DNA of 64,000 bases, taken from assembly GCF_009914755.1 (NCBI RefSeq), contig NC_060926.1; one strand, 5' to 3'. Below, in pieces: positions 1-14,563 of the stretch. The notes under the pieces are model-generated. The model was not told the DNA's origin and made no database searches. It saw nothing but the letters and a program-made list of their open reading frames with translations. The stretch is from the human T2T-CHM13v2.0 reference genome, Homo sapiens. Each line of letters opens with the position of its first letter. The stretch's first letter is position 1. The position numbers and the translations under genes were made by a program.

Positions 1-318
1 TTCGCAGATTGCTTATTCATATGTCTAATGACTGAAGGATGGGCTCAGCTGGGACTGTTGAGCAGAGCACTTATGTATGGTTTCTCTATATGGCTTGGGC
101 TTCTTAACAGCATGTTAGAAGCTGGGTTCTGAAGGGAAGCATCCTGAGAGTGAGTGTTCCAAGGGAGCTAGATAGAAGCTAAAGGGCTTTTCTGATGTAG
201 TCTTAGAAGTCATATAGCATCACATCTACTGTACTCTGTTGGTCAAAGCAATTACAAGTCTCAAGCTTCTTCCCCCACCCCTCCTTCCCCAGAATCAAGA
301 GAGGTGATGTAGACTCCC

Positions 319-880
<562 letters not shown>

Positions 881-1057
881 TCAGTCTTCTAACTCTTGAA
901 GGGAGGAGTGTCTGGCATTAAAAGCAGCATAAGTCAAAGTTTCTAGTTTTATCAGTCTGGGTTCCTCATCCTTTCCATTTTTCTTCTATTCATTTTATGA
1001 TATTGAGGAAAAGAAACACCTCTAAACTTCCTCTTATACTGTTTGTTAACAGTAGAT

Positions 1058-1270
1058 TAGAGTTTCTCAACTTTAGCACTATTGACATTTTGGACCAGAT
1101 CATTATTTGTATGATTGTCCTGTGCAATCCGTGATGTCTAATGGCGTCCCTGGCGTCTCTGCACTGGAGCCAGTAGCACTTTACCCTTCAATTGTGAGAA
1201 CCAAAAAATGTCTGCATACATTGCCAAGTGTTCCGTGGAGGACAAACTTGCCCCTGTTTGAGAACCACTG
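1058..1270 (-). mobile_element. MER20 (hAT-Charlie)
   Basis: Reverse complement follows the MER20 consensus (cagtggttctcaa...acatttggcaatgt...aaaatgtcaatagtgc...gttgagaaac). Confidence 0.85.
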
Positions 1271-1280
1271 CTCTACATTC

Positions 1281-1441
1281 GTGTTTCTCAAAGATATTGA
1301 TATGGACCAGCCACATTGATATCACTTGCGGGACTTACTGAAGTGTTATTTTTTCAGAATCTGGAATTGGGTCCCAAAAATCTGTATTTTTTAAAAACTC
1401 CTCAAGTGATTCTGATGCACACTTAAGTGAGAGAAATGCTG
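1281..1441. mobile_element. MER5-family hAT MITE
   Basis: gtgtttctcaaag...cagaatctgg...aatctgtattttt...caagtgattctgatgcacac...gagaaatgctg. Confidence 0.7.
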
Positions 1442-2147
1442 ATATAGGTTATCCTTAAAAGCTGAATGACTAAGAGGTATATAAATGCTTTACTCACTGG
1501 TAATATACTGGTTTCAGGTCAGATTAATGGCATAGTAGAGTTGTTAAATATACTGTTATATATTATATATTATTTTGGGTTCCATTTCCATAGATTATTA
1601 GTGTAAATAGTATATCCATTCCTGTTTCATGAAATTTTTGTTTTTTAATTATTTTTCTCAGCTTTATTGTGAAAACTTTCAAACACAGAAAAATTAAAAG
1701 AATGATGCATATAATGAACACTTACATACTTTACCACTGAGAATCAAGAGCTGTTAAAATTTTGCCGTGTTTGCTTTGTGTGTGTGTGTCTACGTGTGTG
1801 AGAGAATGAGTGCACACGTGTGAGCAATCAGAGCTTTCCTGGTGTATATGAGAGAGAGACAGGGAGAGAGCAATCAGAAGTTTTCATGGTATGTATGAAA
1901 TCCAAGTAAAGGAGAGAGAGGTGTAGGATTCTGCAGTATAAGTGCTCCCATGTGGATAGACTGATCCATTCATCTTCACGGTATTTAATCAGGATACCTT
2001 TACTCTCAAGCAGAGTTGATTTAGTGTAATGGATTGCAAAGTTTTAAAAATGCGTGCTTGGTTGAACACCTTTCTTTCCTTACTATTTAGTGGTTTTAAT
2101 GCCACTCCAGTCAAATTACACTTCTCCTCCTTTCATATAGCCTAGGA

Positions 2148-2951
2148 CAGTGCTACTCAACAGATTGTCTATGGACTGGGTACCAGTCCCTGGCCTATGA
2201 GGAAATAAATACAGTAAATGAGAGTGAGTATTTAGTATTAGTATTTTATAACAGTTGAGAGATACTTCACCTTCTGCTTAATAATGAAAAATTATGACTC
2301 GTATTTTTTGTGTCTTAAAAAATTTTATTTTCTAGTCACTTTTATTGTATTTGCAAACATACTGTATTGGTCTGTGTTCTAGTTACCTACTGCTGTGTAA
2401 CCATCCCAGAATGTAATGATTTAAAACAATAACAGTAATTAATTTTGTTCATGAGTCTGTAATTTGGGCAGGACTTGGCAAGGAAGACTTTTCTCTTTTC
2501 ATTGCAGTCAGCTGTAGTGGCTCAACTGAAGTTGCTCCACTCACATATCTGGCAGATTGGTGCTGGCTCTGAGCAGAGATTCTGTCAGTGCTGAGGGCTG
2601 AGGATCTCAGTTCCTTTCTACATGTGACCTGGGCTTCCTTGGAGGTGGGTGACTGGATTCTGGGGATAAGTATCCCCAGACAAACCCAGTAAAAATTGTA
2701 TCTCCTTTTGTGACCAAGCCTCAGAAGTCACTGCGTCATTTCTGCTATCCTCTTATTCACTGAGGCAGCTACTAAGGTCTACCCACATTAATGGTGGAAG
2801 GGACATAGACTCCACCTCTTGGTGTAGTGGCAAAATTGTAGAAAATTGTTGCTGTCATTTTTGTTAAAATACAATCTGCCATAGCCTGTGATAGATTAAA
2901 AATGGAAGAAACTGGCCCTTCCCCACAGATACAACCTGAGAGGCACCACTG
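2148..2951. mobile_element. Old hAT-like DNA element hosting the MLT1 LTR (family uncertain)
   Basis: Termini resemble hAT-Charlie TIRs (cagtgctactcaa ... tgagaggcaccactg). Confidence 0.35.
2375..2883 (-). mobile_element. MLT1G/H-like solo LTR
   Basis: Reverse strand begins tatggcagattgtatttt; 5-bp TSD gtctg (2370-2374) / gcctg (2884-2888). Confidence 0.7.
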
Positions 2952-3624
2952 ACCTGGTCCTACCTGGCTTTAGGTTGGGCACTTACTATAATACAGTTCT
3001 AATTTAACTACTATACATTTGGAAGACACCTTATTATACCTTTATGCAGTAGACGTAATATGGGACAATGGTGGGAGAGATAACAAAAGGCTAATAGGAA
3101 ACTCGTGAATGGGTGTGTAGGTGTGTGTGGGTGCACACGTGTGCATGTGTGTGCATGGTGGTTCTGTTTTTGGCTTACAGGTTTTAGCATTTACAAATCT
3201 TCTCCTGGGCTGGTGGCTAGTTTTCTCAAAGGGATTACCAGTATCCTGCCTGGGCAATAAACCTGGCTGCTAGTGTTCCAGAAACCCAGTTGGGGAAGGA
3301 CATTGAGGGAAACAGAGGCCAAAGTGATACTGATGTTTCTATATAATACATACTTTTTGAATACTGCTGAGTACAGAGCTCAGTACTAGGTGCTAAGAGA
3401 AATACAAAGGTAAAGCTCCTTTTATTTGACACTTTAATGTTTAAGTAGTATTCTTATTAATATTCAAGATCTATACATTATGATTACTACTAATAGTGAT
3501 ACTGCTATTAGAAGTAGTATTGTCTAACACTTTATGTATGTAATACTTCAAAGATTCCAAACTGGTTTTCAGATATTTTCTACTGCCTTAGCTAATAGAT
3601 TAGCTCTAGTAAGTCGTCAGTACT

Positions 3625-3686
3625 TACTGTAGTACCTGGAACAGAGTGGATGCTTAATACATATTTTATTAAATAAATAAATGAAT
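3625..3686 (+). mobile_element. L2 3' end
   Basis: gtacctggaacagagtggatgcttaatacatatttt...aaatgaat resembles the L2 tail. Confidence 0.55.
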
Positions 3687-4454
3687 CTTTAAGGTATGGT
3701 AGAATGATTGCAGCCTCTGGTGTCTGGCTCATTAGGTCTTGTACTTTCTAGCAGTGTGGCAATGAGGGGATTGTGGAACCTATGTAGTTCTATTTCTTCA
3801 TCTATAGAAATAAAGTTAATCTCTCTTTACACACTATATATAAAAATTGGTTGAAAGCATCAGGTATGAGTCCCTAAGTTGGTGTGTATGTTTTCCACTT
3901 CTAGTTTTAAAGCCCAGTATGTGTGGTGAGTAGAAGAAATTGCTGGTATTAAAGACTAGTATTAGACATTTTAGGCACTGAAGTTTAAAAATAGAATGTT
4001 GCCCCTAGGAGTAGGGCAGTGCATTATTAAATTAAGTGTTGAAATCTTTATGCCTCTTCATGCAACATAAACTTTTATTTGGAATAAATATGACATATTA
4101 AACAAAATTAAAGTTTATTTTGGTTTATTTAAAAATTTACCCTTGTTACAGTAGTTTTATTGATGTGTTCGTAAGAAAACTTAGGGTTTTCTTTTTCTCC
4201 CCAGATTAACTTGTTGTTTGCAAATTTTGACAGGGCTTTTGAAAATAGGTAATGTATTTTTAAAAAGATGATGGAGGAAGAAATCCAATTGAGTGTATTT
4301 ATTTAGAATAAGAGAGATCACAAATTAAGAGATGCTAATACCACAAATTTCACAAAATTCAAAAATAAAATAATTTCACTAATTAACTGCCTGACACACC
4401 TCTAAACATTTGATTACAGAAACTTAGATCACTTCATAAAATGTTATGTTTTAA

Positions 4455-5590
4455 AAAATTGTTTTTAATCGAGGTAAAATATGAATAGCATAAAATTTAC
4501 TAAAATTTACCATCTTAACCATTTTTAAGTGTACAGTTCAGTAGTAGTAGGTACATTCACATTCCTGTGGAGCCATCACCACCATCCATCTTCAGAATGC
4601 TTTTCATCTTTAAAGTATGAAATTCTGTACCCAATAAACATCTCTCCATTCCCCATTCTACTTTTTGTCTGTGATTTTGAACGTACTAGGTTCCTCATAT
4701 AATGGAATTATATATAATATTTGTCATTTTGTTGACTGGCGTATTTGACTTAGCATAATGTCTCAAGGTTCATCTGCATTGTAGCATGTGTCAGAATTGC
4801 CTACCTATTTAAAGGCTCAATAACACTTCATTGTGTGGATATACCATATTTTGCTTATCTCCTCAATGGACACTTGGTTTGTTTTCATCTTTTGGTTATT
4901 GTGAATAATGCTGTTGTGAACGTGTGTACAAATATCTCTTTGGGACCCAGCTTTCAGTTATTTTGGGTATATAAGCAGAAGTGAAATTGCTGAATCATAG
5001 GATAATTCTATTTTTCATTTTTTGAGGAACAACTCTACTGTTTTCCACAGTGGGTGCACCATTTACACTCCCACCAACAGTGTACTTCCAGTTTCTCCTT
5101 ATCCTTGCCAACACTTGTTATTTTTCTTTTTTCTTTTTTTTTTTTTAAAGTAGTAACCATCTAAATAAGTGTGAGGTGGGTATTTCATTGTGGTTTTAAT
5201 ATGCGTTTTCCTAATGATTAGTGATATTGAGCATCTTTTCATGTGTATATTGGCCACTTGTATATCTTCTTTGGAGAAATGCCTATTGACGTTCTTTGTC
5301 CTTTTTAAATTGGATTGTTTGGTTTTTGGTTGAGTTATAGAAGTTATTTATATATTCCAGACATTAGGTTCATCTGATACATGATTGGCAAATATTTCCT
5401 TCTCTATTGTGTTTTTAAAAATCGCTTTCTTGATGGTGTCCTTTGACAGACAAATAGTTTTAATTTTGATGAAGTCCAATTTATCTGTTTTTTTCTTTTG
5501 TTGCCCGTGCTATTGGTGTCATATAAAGAAATTATTGCCAAATCCAGTGCCATGAAGCTCTATTCCTATATTTTCTTCTAAGAGTTGTGT
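4455..5590 (-). mobile_element. L1MB/MA-type 3'UTR and ORF2 end
   Basis: Typical antisense L1M 3' sequence (aaaatttaccatcttaaccatttttaagtgtacagttcagt; cttctttggagaaatg). Confidence 0.8.
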
Positions 5591-5759
5591 ATGCAGGGGT
5601 TTATTTCTACATCCCATCTATTTTGATGTGTTGTTATTTTTGTTTTCATTTATCCATCTCAGAGGATTTTCTGATTTCTCTTGTGTTTTACTTTGACCAT
5701 TACTTATGAATGCGTTATTTTTCACTTTCTTGTAAATTTTCCTAATTTCCTGTTAATAA

Positions 5760-6085
<326 letters not shown>

Positions 6086-6956
6086 TAATTTTATTCCATT
6101 GTGGTTGAATAACATACTTTGCATGATTTCAGTCCTTTTAAATTTACTGATGATTTTTTATGGCCCTAATATATATTATTCTACTTTGGAGAATGTACCA
6201 TGTGCACTTGAATAGATTCTATATATTTTTTTTGTTGGTCATAGTGTTCTATAAATGTCTGTTAGATCTAGTTGGTTTATAATGTTGTTCAAATGTTCTG
6301 TTTATTTTTCTGCATATTTTATTCATTATTGAGAATGAAGTATTGAAGTCTCCTACTATTGTCAAATTGTCTATTTCTCCCTTCAATTCTGTCAGTTCTT
6401 GCTAGATGTATTTTGGGACGTTGTTTTTAGCTGCATATATGTTTATAATTGTCTGCCCTTTTGTTCTTATACAATAAGAGTAAAACTTATTATCTAGTAG
6501 CACTTTTGGATAAATATCTCATTTTGACTGAAATTAGTATTAGTATAGGTATGGTAGCTCTGTTGTTACTTTTTTGGGGTATATATTTATATATATTTTT
6601 ATATTGTTTATGTTTTAGAATCTGAAATATGGCTTTTGTAGAGAGCATATAATTGGAGCAGGGTTTTAAAAATCCATTCTGCTCATCTCTGCCTTTTGAT
6701 TTGAGTATTTAGTCCATTTACACTTAATGAAATTACTGACAAACCAGCACCATTTTGCAAATGTTTTATATGTCTTTGGTCCCTTTTGTTTCTCTATTCA
6801 TCTATTATTGTTTGTTTGTTGTTGTATGTTGATATTTTTAAATTTGTCATTTTATTTCTATTGTTTATTTCACTGTATCTTTTCAAGAAAATTTTTTCTT
6901 TGTGATTGCCCAGGGTATTTACTTATAACTATCTCATGGGGGGAACTGCAACTTAA

Positions 6957-7465
<509 letters not shown>

Positions 7466-8716
7466 GCTTAGGCTATCTAATTACTCTTAACTGGTACTTT
7501 TTATTATAGGACAGATTGCTAGTGACAAATTCTTTTAGGTTTTGTTTCTCTGGGAATATTTAAAATTATTCCTCATTTTCTAAAGCTTTGTTTTGCTACA
7601 TATGGTATTCTTTTTGATAGCCATTTCCTATTAATACTTTGAATGTATCATCCTACTACCTTCTAACCTTCATGTTTCTGGACTAGATATTGCCTTGTAC
7701 TGTAATTGAGGATCATTTGTAAGTGATGAGTTACTTTCTTTTTGCACTGGAGATTTTCTTTCTCTTTGATTTTTGACCACTTGACTATGGTATGTTTAGG
7801 TATAAATCTCTTTGAGTTTATCCTAATTGGAGGTCATTAAGTTTCTTGGATGTGTAGATTAATTTTTCTAAGTCAAATTTGAGGAGGTAGGTGCCATTAT
7901 TTCTTCAAGTATTCTGTCAGCCCCCTTTTCTGTCTACTATCTTTCTCGGACTTTTATTGTGACTGTATTGGTATGCTTGTTAGTGTCTTTGAGGTCTCAG
8001 GCTCTGTTCGTGTTTTTTTGTTTTGTTTTGTTTTGTTTTCAGTCTATTCTTTCTGTTCTTGAGACTGGATATTCTCAGTTAACTTGTTTTCAAGTTGACT
8101 GATTCTTCTGTCTGTTCGAATCTGCTGTTGCGCTCTTCTATTAACAGTGGTAGAAAGTTCGATTTATGATTATGGAAATTGAGATGTCATTTTTAAACTG
8201 TCCTTTTATTTCAAAAGGATTTTTAAATTGAAAACATTATAAAGTGCTTTCTTTTATATTTGAGCTAGAATGTATAGAACCACTTATATAAATTATTTTT
8301 TAGGGTAAATTGATCACTTAAAGATTAGTCATTTTGTGTTTTAGCTTAGTGCAGTACCTATATTTCCTGGTACCTACAATAGCCCTTTGAGTTGGGTGCT
8401 ATTATTATTTGTCCATTTCAGTGAAGCAAGTGAGGCAGAGAGAGGCTAACTAGAATAAACACACAACTGGTTATCACTGTTCTTTTCTTATTAACAGGTT
8501 TTATGGCTATAATCTATAGAACAATGCATAGCTGAATTGTTACAACGTCTGAGGTTAAAAGCCAATATTAAAATTTTTAATTTGCACTTATATTTACCAT
8601 CACTGAAAGAAATAAGCTACATTTTATTAACATAATGAAGAAAAATTACCAAAGTATGAATTTTGCCAAGTTAAACTAATCTTGATGATAACCAGGAGAT
8701 TGTGAACCAGAATATC

Positions 8717-9813
8717 TATCGGGGAACCAGCCCCCAATATTTCAACGTAGGTTCTTTTCTATTTTCCCTAAGTGTCAGCCGGTCTGAGAAATAAAGGGAA
8801 AGAGTACAAAAGAGAGAGATTTTAAAGCTGGGTGTCTGGGGGAGACATCACATGTCAGTAGGTTCTGTGATGCCCCCTGAGCTGCAAAACCAGCAAGTTT
8901 TTATTAGCGATTTTCAAAGGGGAGGGAGTGTATGAATAGGGTGTGGGTCACAGAGATCACATGCTTCAAAGGCAATAAAGTATCACGAGGCAAATGGGCA
9001 GGGCAAGGTCACAAGGCCAGGGTGAAACTGGGATTGCTGATGAAGTTTCATGTCCCACTGTGTGCGCATTGTCATTGATAAACATCTTAACAGGAAACAG
9101 GGTTCAAGAGTGGAGAACTGGTCTGACTAGAATTCACCAGGCTGGAATTTCCTAATCCTAGCAAGCCTGGGGACGCTGCAGGAGACCAGGGCGTGTTTCA
9201 TCCTTACCTACAACTGCATAAGGCAGACGCTCCCAGAGCGGCCATTTTAGAGGCCTCCCCCTGGGAATGCATTCTTTCCCCAGGGCTGTCAATTATTAAT
9301 ATTCCTTACTGGGGAAAGAATTCAGCGATGTTTCTCTTACCCGTTTTCAGCAATAAGAGAAATATGACTCTGTCCTGCCCGGCTCCCAGGCAGTTAGACC
9401 TAATGGTTATCTCCCTTGTCCCCTGAACATCGCTGTTATCCTGTTCTTTTTTCAATGTGCTGAGATTTCATATTGTTCAAACACACATGCTTTACGAACA
9501 ATTTGTGTAGTTAATGCAATCATCACAGGCTCCTGAGGTGACACATACATCCTCAGCTTACAAAGATGATGGGATTAAGAGATTAAAGTAAAGACAGACA
9601 TAGGAAATTATAAAAGTATTGATTGGGGAAGTGATAAATGTCCGTGAAGTCATCACAGTTTATGTTTAGAGATTGTATTAAAGTCGGGCGTAAGAAATTA
9701 TAAAAGTATTAATTTGGGGAACTAATAAATGTCCATGAAATCTTCACAATTTGTGTTCTTCTGCCATGGCTTCAGCAGGTCCCTCTGTTCGGGGTCCCTG
9801 ACTTCCTGCAACA
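8717..9813 (-). mobile_element. MER11 solo LTR (HERV-K11/HML-8), probably MER11C by length
   Basis: Reverse strand starts tgttgcaggaagtcagggaccccgaacagaggg and ends gggggctggttccccgata; 6-bp TSD aatatc (8711-8716) / aatgtc (9814-9819); 1097 bp. Confidence 0.9.
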
Positions 9814-9881
9814 AATGTCAAAAATCCATGTATATTTTGCTTCTTAGGTGGTTTGACCATATAGTTTGTTTATTTGTTTCA

Positions 9882-9888
<7 letters not shown>

Positions 9889-9912
<24 letters not shown>

Positions 9913-10187
9913 TTTGGTGATAGTCTCACTCTTCACCCAGGTTGGAGTGCAGTGGCTTAATCATAGCTCACAGCAGCCTCGAACTCCTGGGTTCAAGTGA
10001 TCCTCCTATCTCAACTGGGATTACAGGTGCGTGCCACCATGCCTAGCTAATTTTTGTTTTTTGTTTTTGTAGAGATGGGGTTTTGCCATATTGTCCAGGC
10101 TGGTCTTGAACTCCTGGGCTCAAGCTATCTGCCCACCTCAGCCTCCCAAAGTGCTGGTATTATAGGTTTGAGTCGCTGCACCTGGCC
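9889..10187 (-). mobile_element. AluJ
   Basis: AluJ diagnostics (atcatagctcacagcagcctcgaactcc, gggctcaagc). Confidence 0.85.
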
Positions 10188-10268
10188 AGATTTTTTTTTA
10201 ACAGCTTTGTTGAGGTAAAGTAGCATATAATAAGTGACATATGTTTAGAGTATAGTACTTGATGTTTT

Positions 10269-12294
10269 TGTTATAGGATCCGTGGGATATTGCTTAGCCA
10301 GCTGGAAACCTCTGTGGCCAGTGGCGCCTTTGCCTGAGTTTTGTTCTGGCCTGCTGGGCTTGTTCCATCCACTTGGCATGGCAGGCTGTACTTGGCTCCC
10401 GCTACCAGCCTGGATCCCACACCTGCCAAGGGTGAGCCAGATGTGGAGCAGCAAGGCGTGTGTGGAGCTGGGGTCCAGCCACTGTGCACAGCCAGGCATG
10501 CTGGCTGTTGCAGGGTATGCAGCTCCAGGTGTCGGCATGGGTGCTGGCTCTGTGCAAGGCTGTTGCTGGATCAAGCATACCATAAGCAGCTTCCACGGCT
10601 GACGCTGGGGAATGCGGTGTGGCACCTGGAAGCTTGGAGATGCCAGAAATCACGGAGCCTTGAAGAGGGTGTCAGAGCCCTGGCTTGGAGAGTTTCTAGG
10701 TCTGGGCTCCCTGAAGGGCTGCAGCATTTCTCTCCTCCTCTCTTCTGTCCTTCTTGTCACCTGCAGCAACGTGGTGGGCAAGAGGTGTGTTTCAGCCCTG
10801 TTTGTGTTACAGCTCTTTTAAGCCTGCCATTCAGCGGGTCCTGAGTTCTTGTCCTGTGTCCAGGAAGAATGAGGTATGCAGACAAGTGGAGAGTAAGCAA
10901 GACAAAGAGGAGCTTTATTGAGCGACAGAGCAGCTCAGAGGAGACCTGCAGTGGGCAGCTCCTCTCTGTAGTCAGAGTGTCCAGATGAGTGTTCAGCTCT
11001 CAGCAGAAAGGGTAGCTCCACTCTGCAGCTGGCTATCCCATTGTTTCTTCAGCTCTCAGCGGAGAGGGTAGTTCTTCTTGGCTGCTGGTTGTCCTGTTGT
11101 CTCCTCAGCTCTGAGCAGAGAGGAGACCCTGAGGTGGGCAGGTCCTCTCTGCAGTTGGTTGTCCCATCATCTCTTGGTGTCTGGCTGAGTCTGGGGATTT
11201 ATGGGCCTCAGAGGGAAGTGCTTGCTGCTTGGTCCATGGGTGGCCATGGACGGACTGGAAAAGGCACCACAAGTTCCCACTCTGGTCCATGGGACCAGCA
11301 GCCCAGCCCCCAGGCTTCAGGCTCTCTGTGGCTTGAAGGTGGGGCTTTACCGGGGACCTGGCTGGCCTCTTCCACCCAGGAGCCTGACTCCTGCCACCGT
11401 TCATGGTGCCCAGGCTATTTGTGCCAAGGGGCGCCTGCAGGCCAGTGCTAAGCGGGCCTCACCCCCTCCTCGGCCTTTCTCCTGTGCTCGTTGGCACCCA
11501 AAGTCCAGAGGGGGCCAAGGTGGCAGGGGGCTGGCATGTCAGTACTGCTTCTGGTGTGTGCATACCTGGCTGGGTTGTGACAGCACCCGGGCTTGGCCTC
11601 AACTTGGCTCCACAGTCGGAGCTGGCGTTGACAACAGGGAGAGGCCAGGCAGTGGGAGCAGACACCTCTGAGCCTGTGAGGGCAAGGGGGGGCCTTCCTG
11701 GGTCCCCCAAGATTGCAGAGATGCCTGGGTCCACAACTGTAACTTTTGCAGCAACATCCATGCCTGGGGGGCGGGGCTTCTGCCTGCTCCTGGCTTCCAC
11801 CAGCTCTGTGGAGCAAGGCACCGCCCTGGGCCCAGTTCTGCCTTGGGGCCCTCTATCCCCACCCCTTTGTGCCTAACATCACTGCTCCCTCACTGGTGGG
11901 TGACTTGCCCGGCCCCATCGCAATGGCTCAGGAGCGAGGGGAGGCATGGGGGCAAGGTGCAGGTGGCACTGCAGCCAGGCAAACCCTGCAGAAATGAACC
12001 CTACACTTGGGGCCAGCCTTGCGAATCCTGACTGCACCTTCTTTGGGGTGCCTGCGGGCCCCTGAGATGCAGTGGGGAGCATGATTGCCGAGGCTTCGGG
12101 CCTGGAAATGGGTCCTACCCGGCCATGCGAGGGCGGGGGTGGCCCAGAGGCTGCCTCAGGGATGCAGGACACAAGGGACCCACTGCTGCCACTGCTGCTC
12201 CCACAGCTGCTCCTGCTGCCACTGCTCTGGCCTCCCCACTGCAGCTGGCGTGATGGCAGTGGCTGTTCTGGATGGCCCGCTGCTGCCACCATCA
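10269..12294 (-). mobile_element. MER52 solo LTR (ERV1), long ~2.0-kb form (MER52D-like)
   Basis: GC-rich; reverse strand starts tgatggtggcagcagcgggcc and ends gatcctataaca; 4-bp TSD tttt; homologous to 52490-54446. Confidence 0.85.
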
Positions 12295-12905
12295 TTTTGA
12301 CATATGTATACATCCATTAAACCACCACTACAATAAAAATAATGAACATATCTATTACTCCTGAAAGTTTTTTTGTGCCTTGATGTAATCCCTTCTCCCA
12401 CAGCTCCCCCACTGGACTCTCATCCCCAGGGAACTGCTGGTCTGCTGTCTATCACCATAGCTTTGTTTGTGTTTTGTAGAATTTTATATAAATGGAATCA
12501 TACAGTATATACTCTTTTTTTGGTCTAATTTGTTTCTCATTGTAATTATTTTTAGACTTGTCTATGTTGTTGCATGTATGAATAGTTCTGTTTTATTACT
12601 TGTATTCCATTTTATTGATATACTACAGGTCAATTAATATCACATATGAATAAACTAATTCACCTATTAGATGCTTGTTTCCAGTTTGGGGATATAATAA
12701 AACATTCATATACAGATCTTTATATGGATCTATGCATTTGTTACCTAGGAACGCAATGGACAGCTCATAAAGCAGGAATATGTTCAATTTTGTAAGAAAG
12801 TGCCAAACCGTTTTCCAGCATTGTTGTAACATTTTATATTCCCACCAGTGATGAATGAGAGATGTATTTTCTCTAGATCATTTCCAGCATTTGGCATTGT
12901 CACTG

Positions 12906-12910
<5 letters not shown>

Positions 12911-12942
<32 letters not shown>
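12911..12942. repeat. (GT)16 microsatellite
   Basis: Perfect dinucleotide run. Confidence 0.95.
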
Positions 12943-12945
<3 letters not shown>

Positions 12946-14136
12946 GCCATTCTGATAGGTAGGTAGTGATATCGCATGGTTTTAAATTGCCTGAGCCTAA
13001 TGTCTCATGATGTTGAGCATCTTTTTGTATGGTTATTTGCCATCCATATATCTTCTTTGGTGAAGTATTTGTTCACATCTTTCGCCTTGTTTTTTTAATT
13101 GTTTTTTTCTTTTTATTTAGTTTTGAGAGTTCTTTATATTTTGGATACAAGTCCTATGTGCTTTTGCAAATTTTTTCCCAGCCTCTGGGTTGTCTTTTCA
13201 TTCTCTTAACAGTGCCTTTTGAACAGCAGATAGTTTAATTTTGATGATGTCGAAAGAGTGATGAAGAAAAGATTAGCCACTCTCCACTGAATTCCCTTTT
13301 TACCTTTGTCAAAGTTACGTTGTCCATATATATGGGGGTATTATTCTGGACTGTTTTGTTCCATTGATGTGTTGTCTTATCTTGATGCCTGTATGACAGT
13401 GTCTTGGTTTTGCTAGCTTTATAGTAAGTCTTGAAATCAGGTAGATATACTCCCCTATGGTGACCATCTTTTTCAGAGTTGCTTTAGAAGTGGTAAAAGT
13501 AGATGGACATCTTTGTTTTGTTCCTGATATTAGATGAAAAGTGCTCAATTTTTTGCCATTAAGTGCGATGTTGAATATGTTTTCTGTAGATGTCCTTTAT
13601 CAGGTCAAGAAGATCCAGCTGATCTCTTTCCTCCATTCTCTGCCACCTTCAGTCCATCTTTCTTGTGCTTTCTTGCTGCTGCTGCATATGGTCATGTCAT
13701 TTGTCTTCTATGGCCTAAATCCTTTAATCTCTATTTATGGCAATAGAAAAAATAAACTAAGTTTTTGCCATTTGACCTTTGAGGTTAAAACAAGGTCGGA
13801 AACAGCATGCATATTTTTATTAAACAAAATAGATTATATTAACGTTAACAGAATTTTAAATATGAAAAAATTGTATCCCAGAATTTTAATTCCCCAGTCA
13901 TGGTGTGCATTTGCCTAAGCGCTTCTTCTTTTTTTGTATTTGTTCATATCTTTTATAGTTCGAACATCATTTATGTTCAACTCTTCACTTAACATAATGT
14001 ATATAACTTTTTACATATTTTTTGAACATAAAAAGTAGATTTATCTTGGTTTTCAAACTTTTAGAATATTTACAATTTTATAGGTACATTAAATATGTTT
14101 AAAGGAATAAACATTTTTATAGATTATTATTTATAA

Positions 14137-14563
<427 letters not shown>

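Larger units (their letters stand above)
10190..13600 (-). mobile_element. L1MB/MC 3' fragment interrupted by the MER52 LTR
   Basis: L1M 3' end acagctttgttgaggta...gatgttttt resumes after 12294 as ttttgacatatgtatacatcc. Confidence 0.7.

Noticed and set aside
10245-12401. Dense cluster of overlapping 80-170-aa ORFs on both strands
   Set aside because: They lie almost entirely within the GC-rich MER52 LTR; stop-poor composition explains them and no domain is recognisable.
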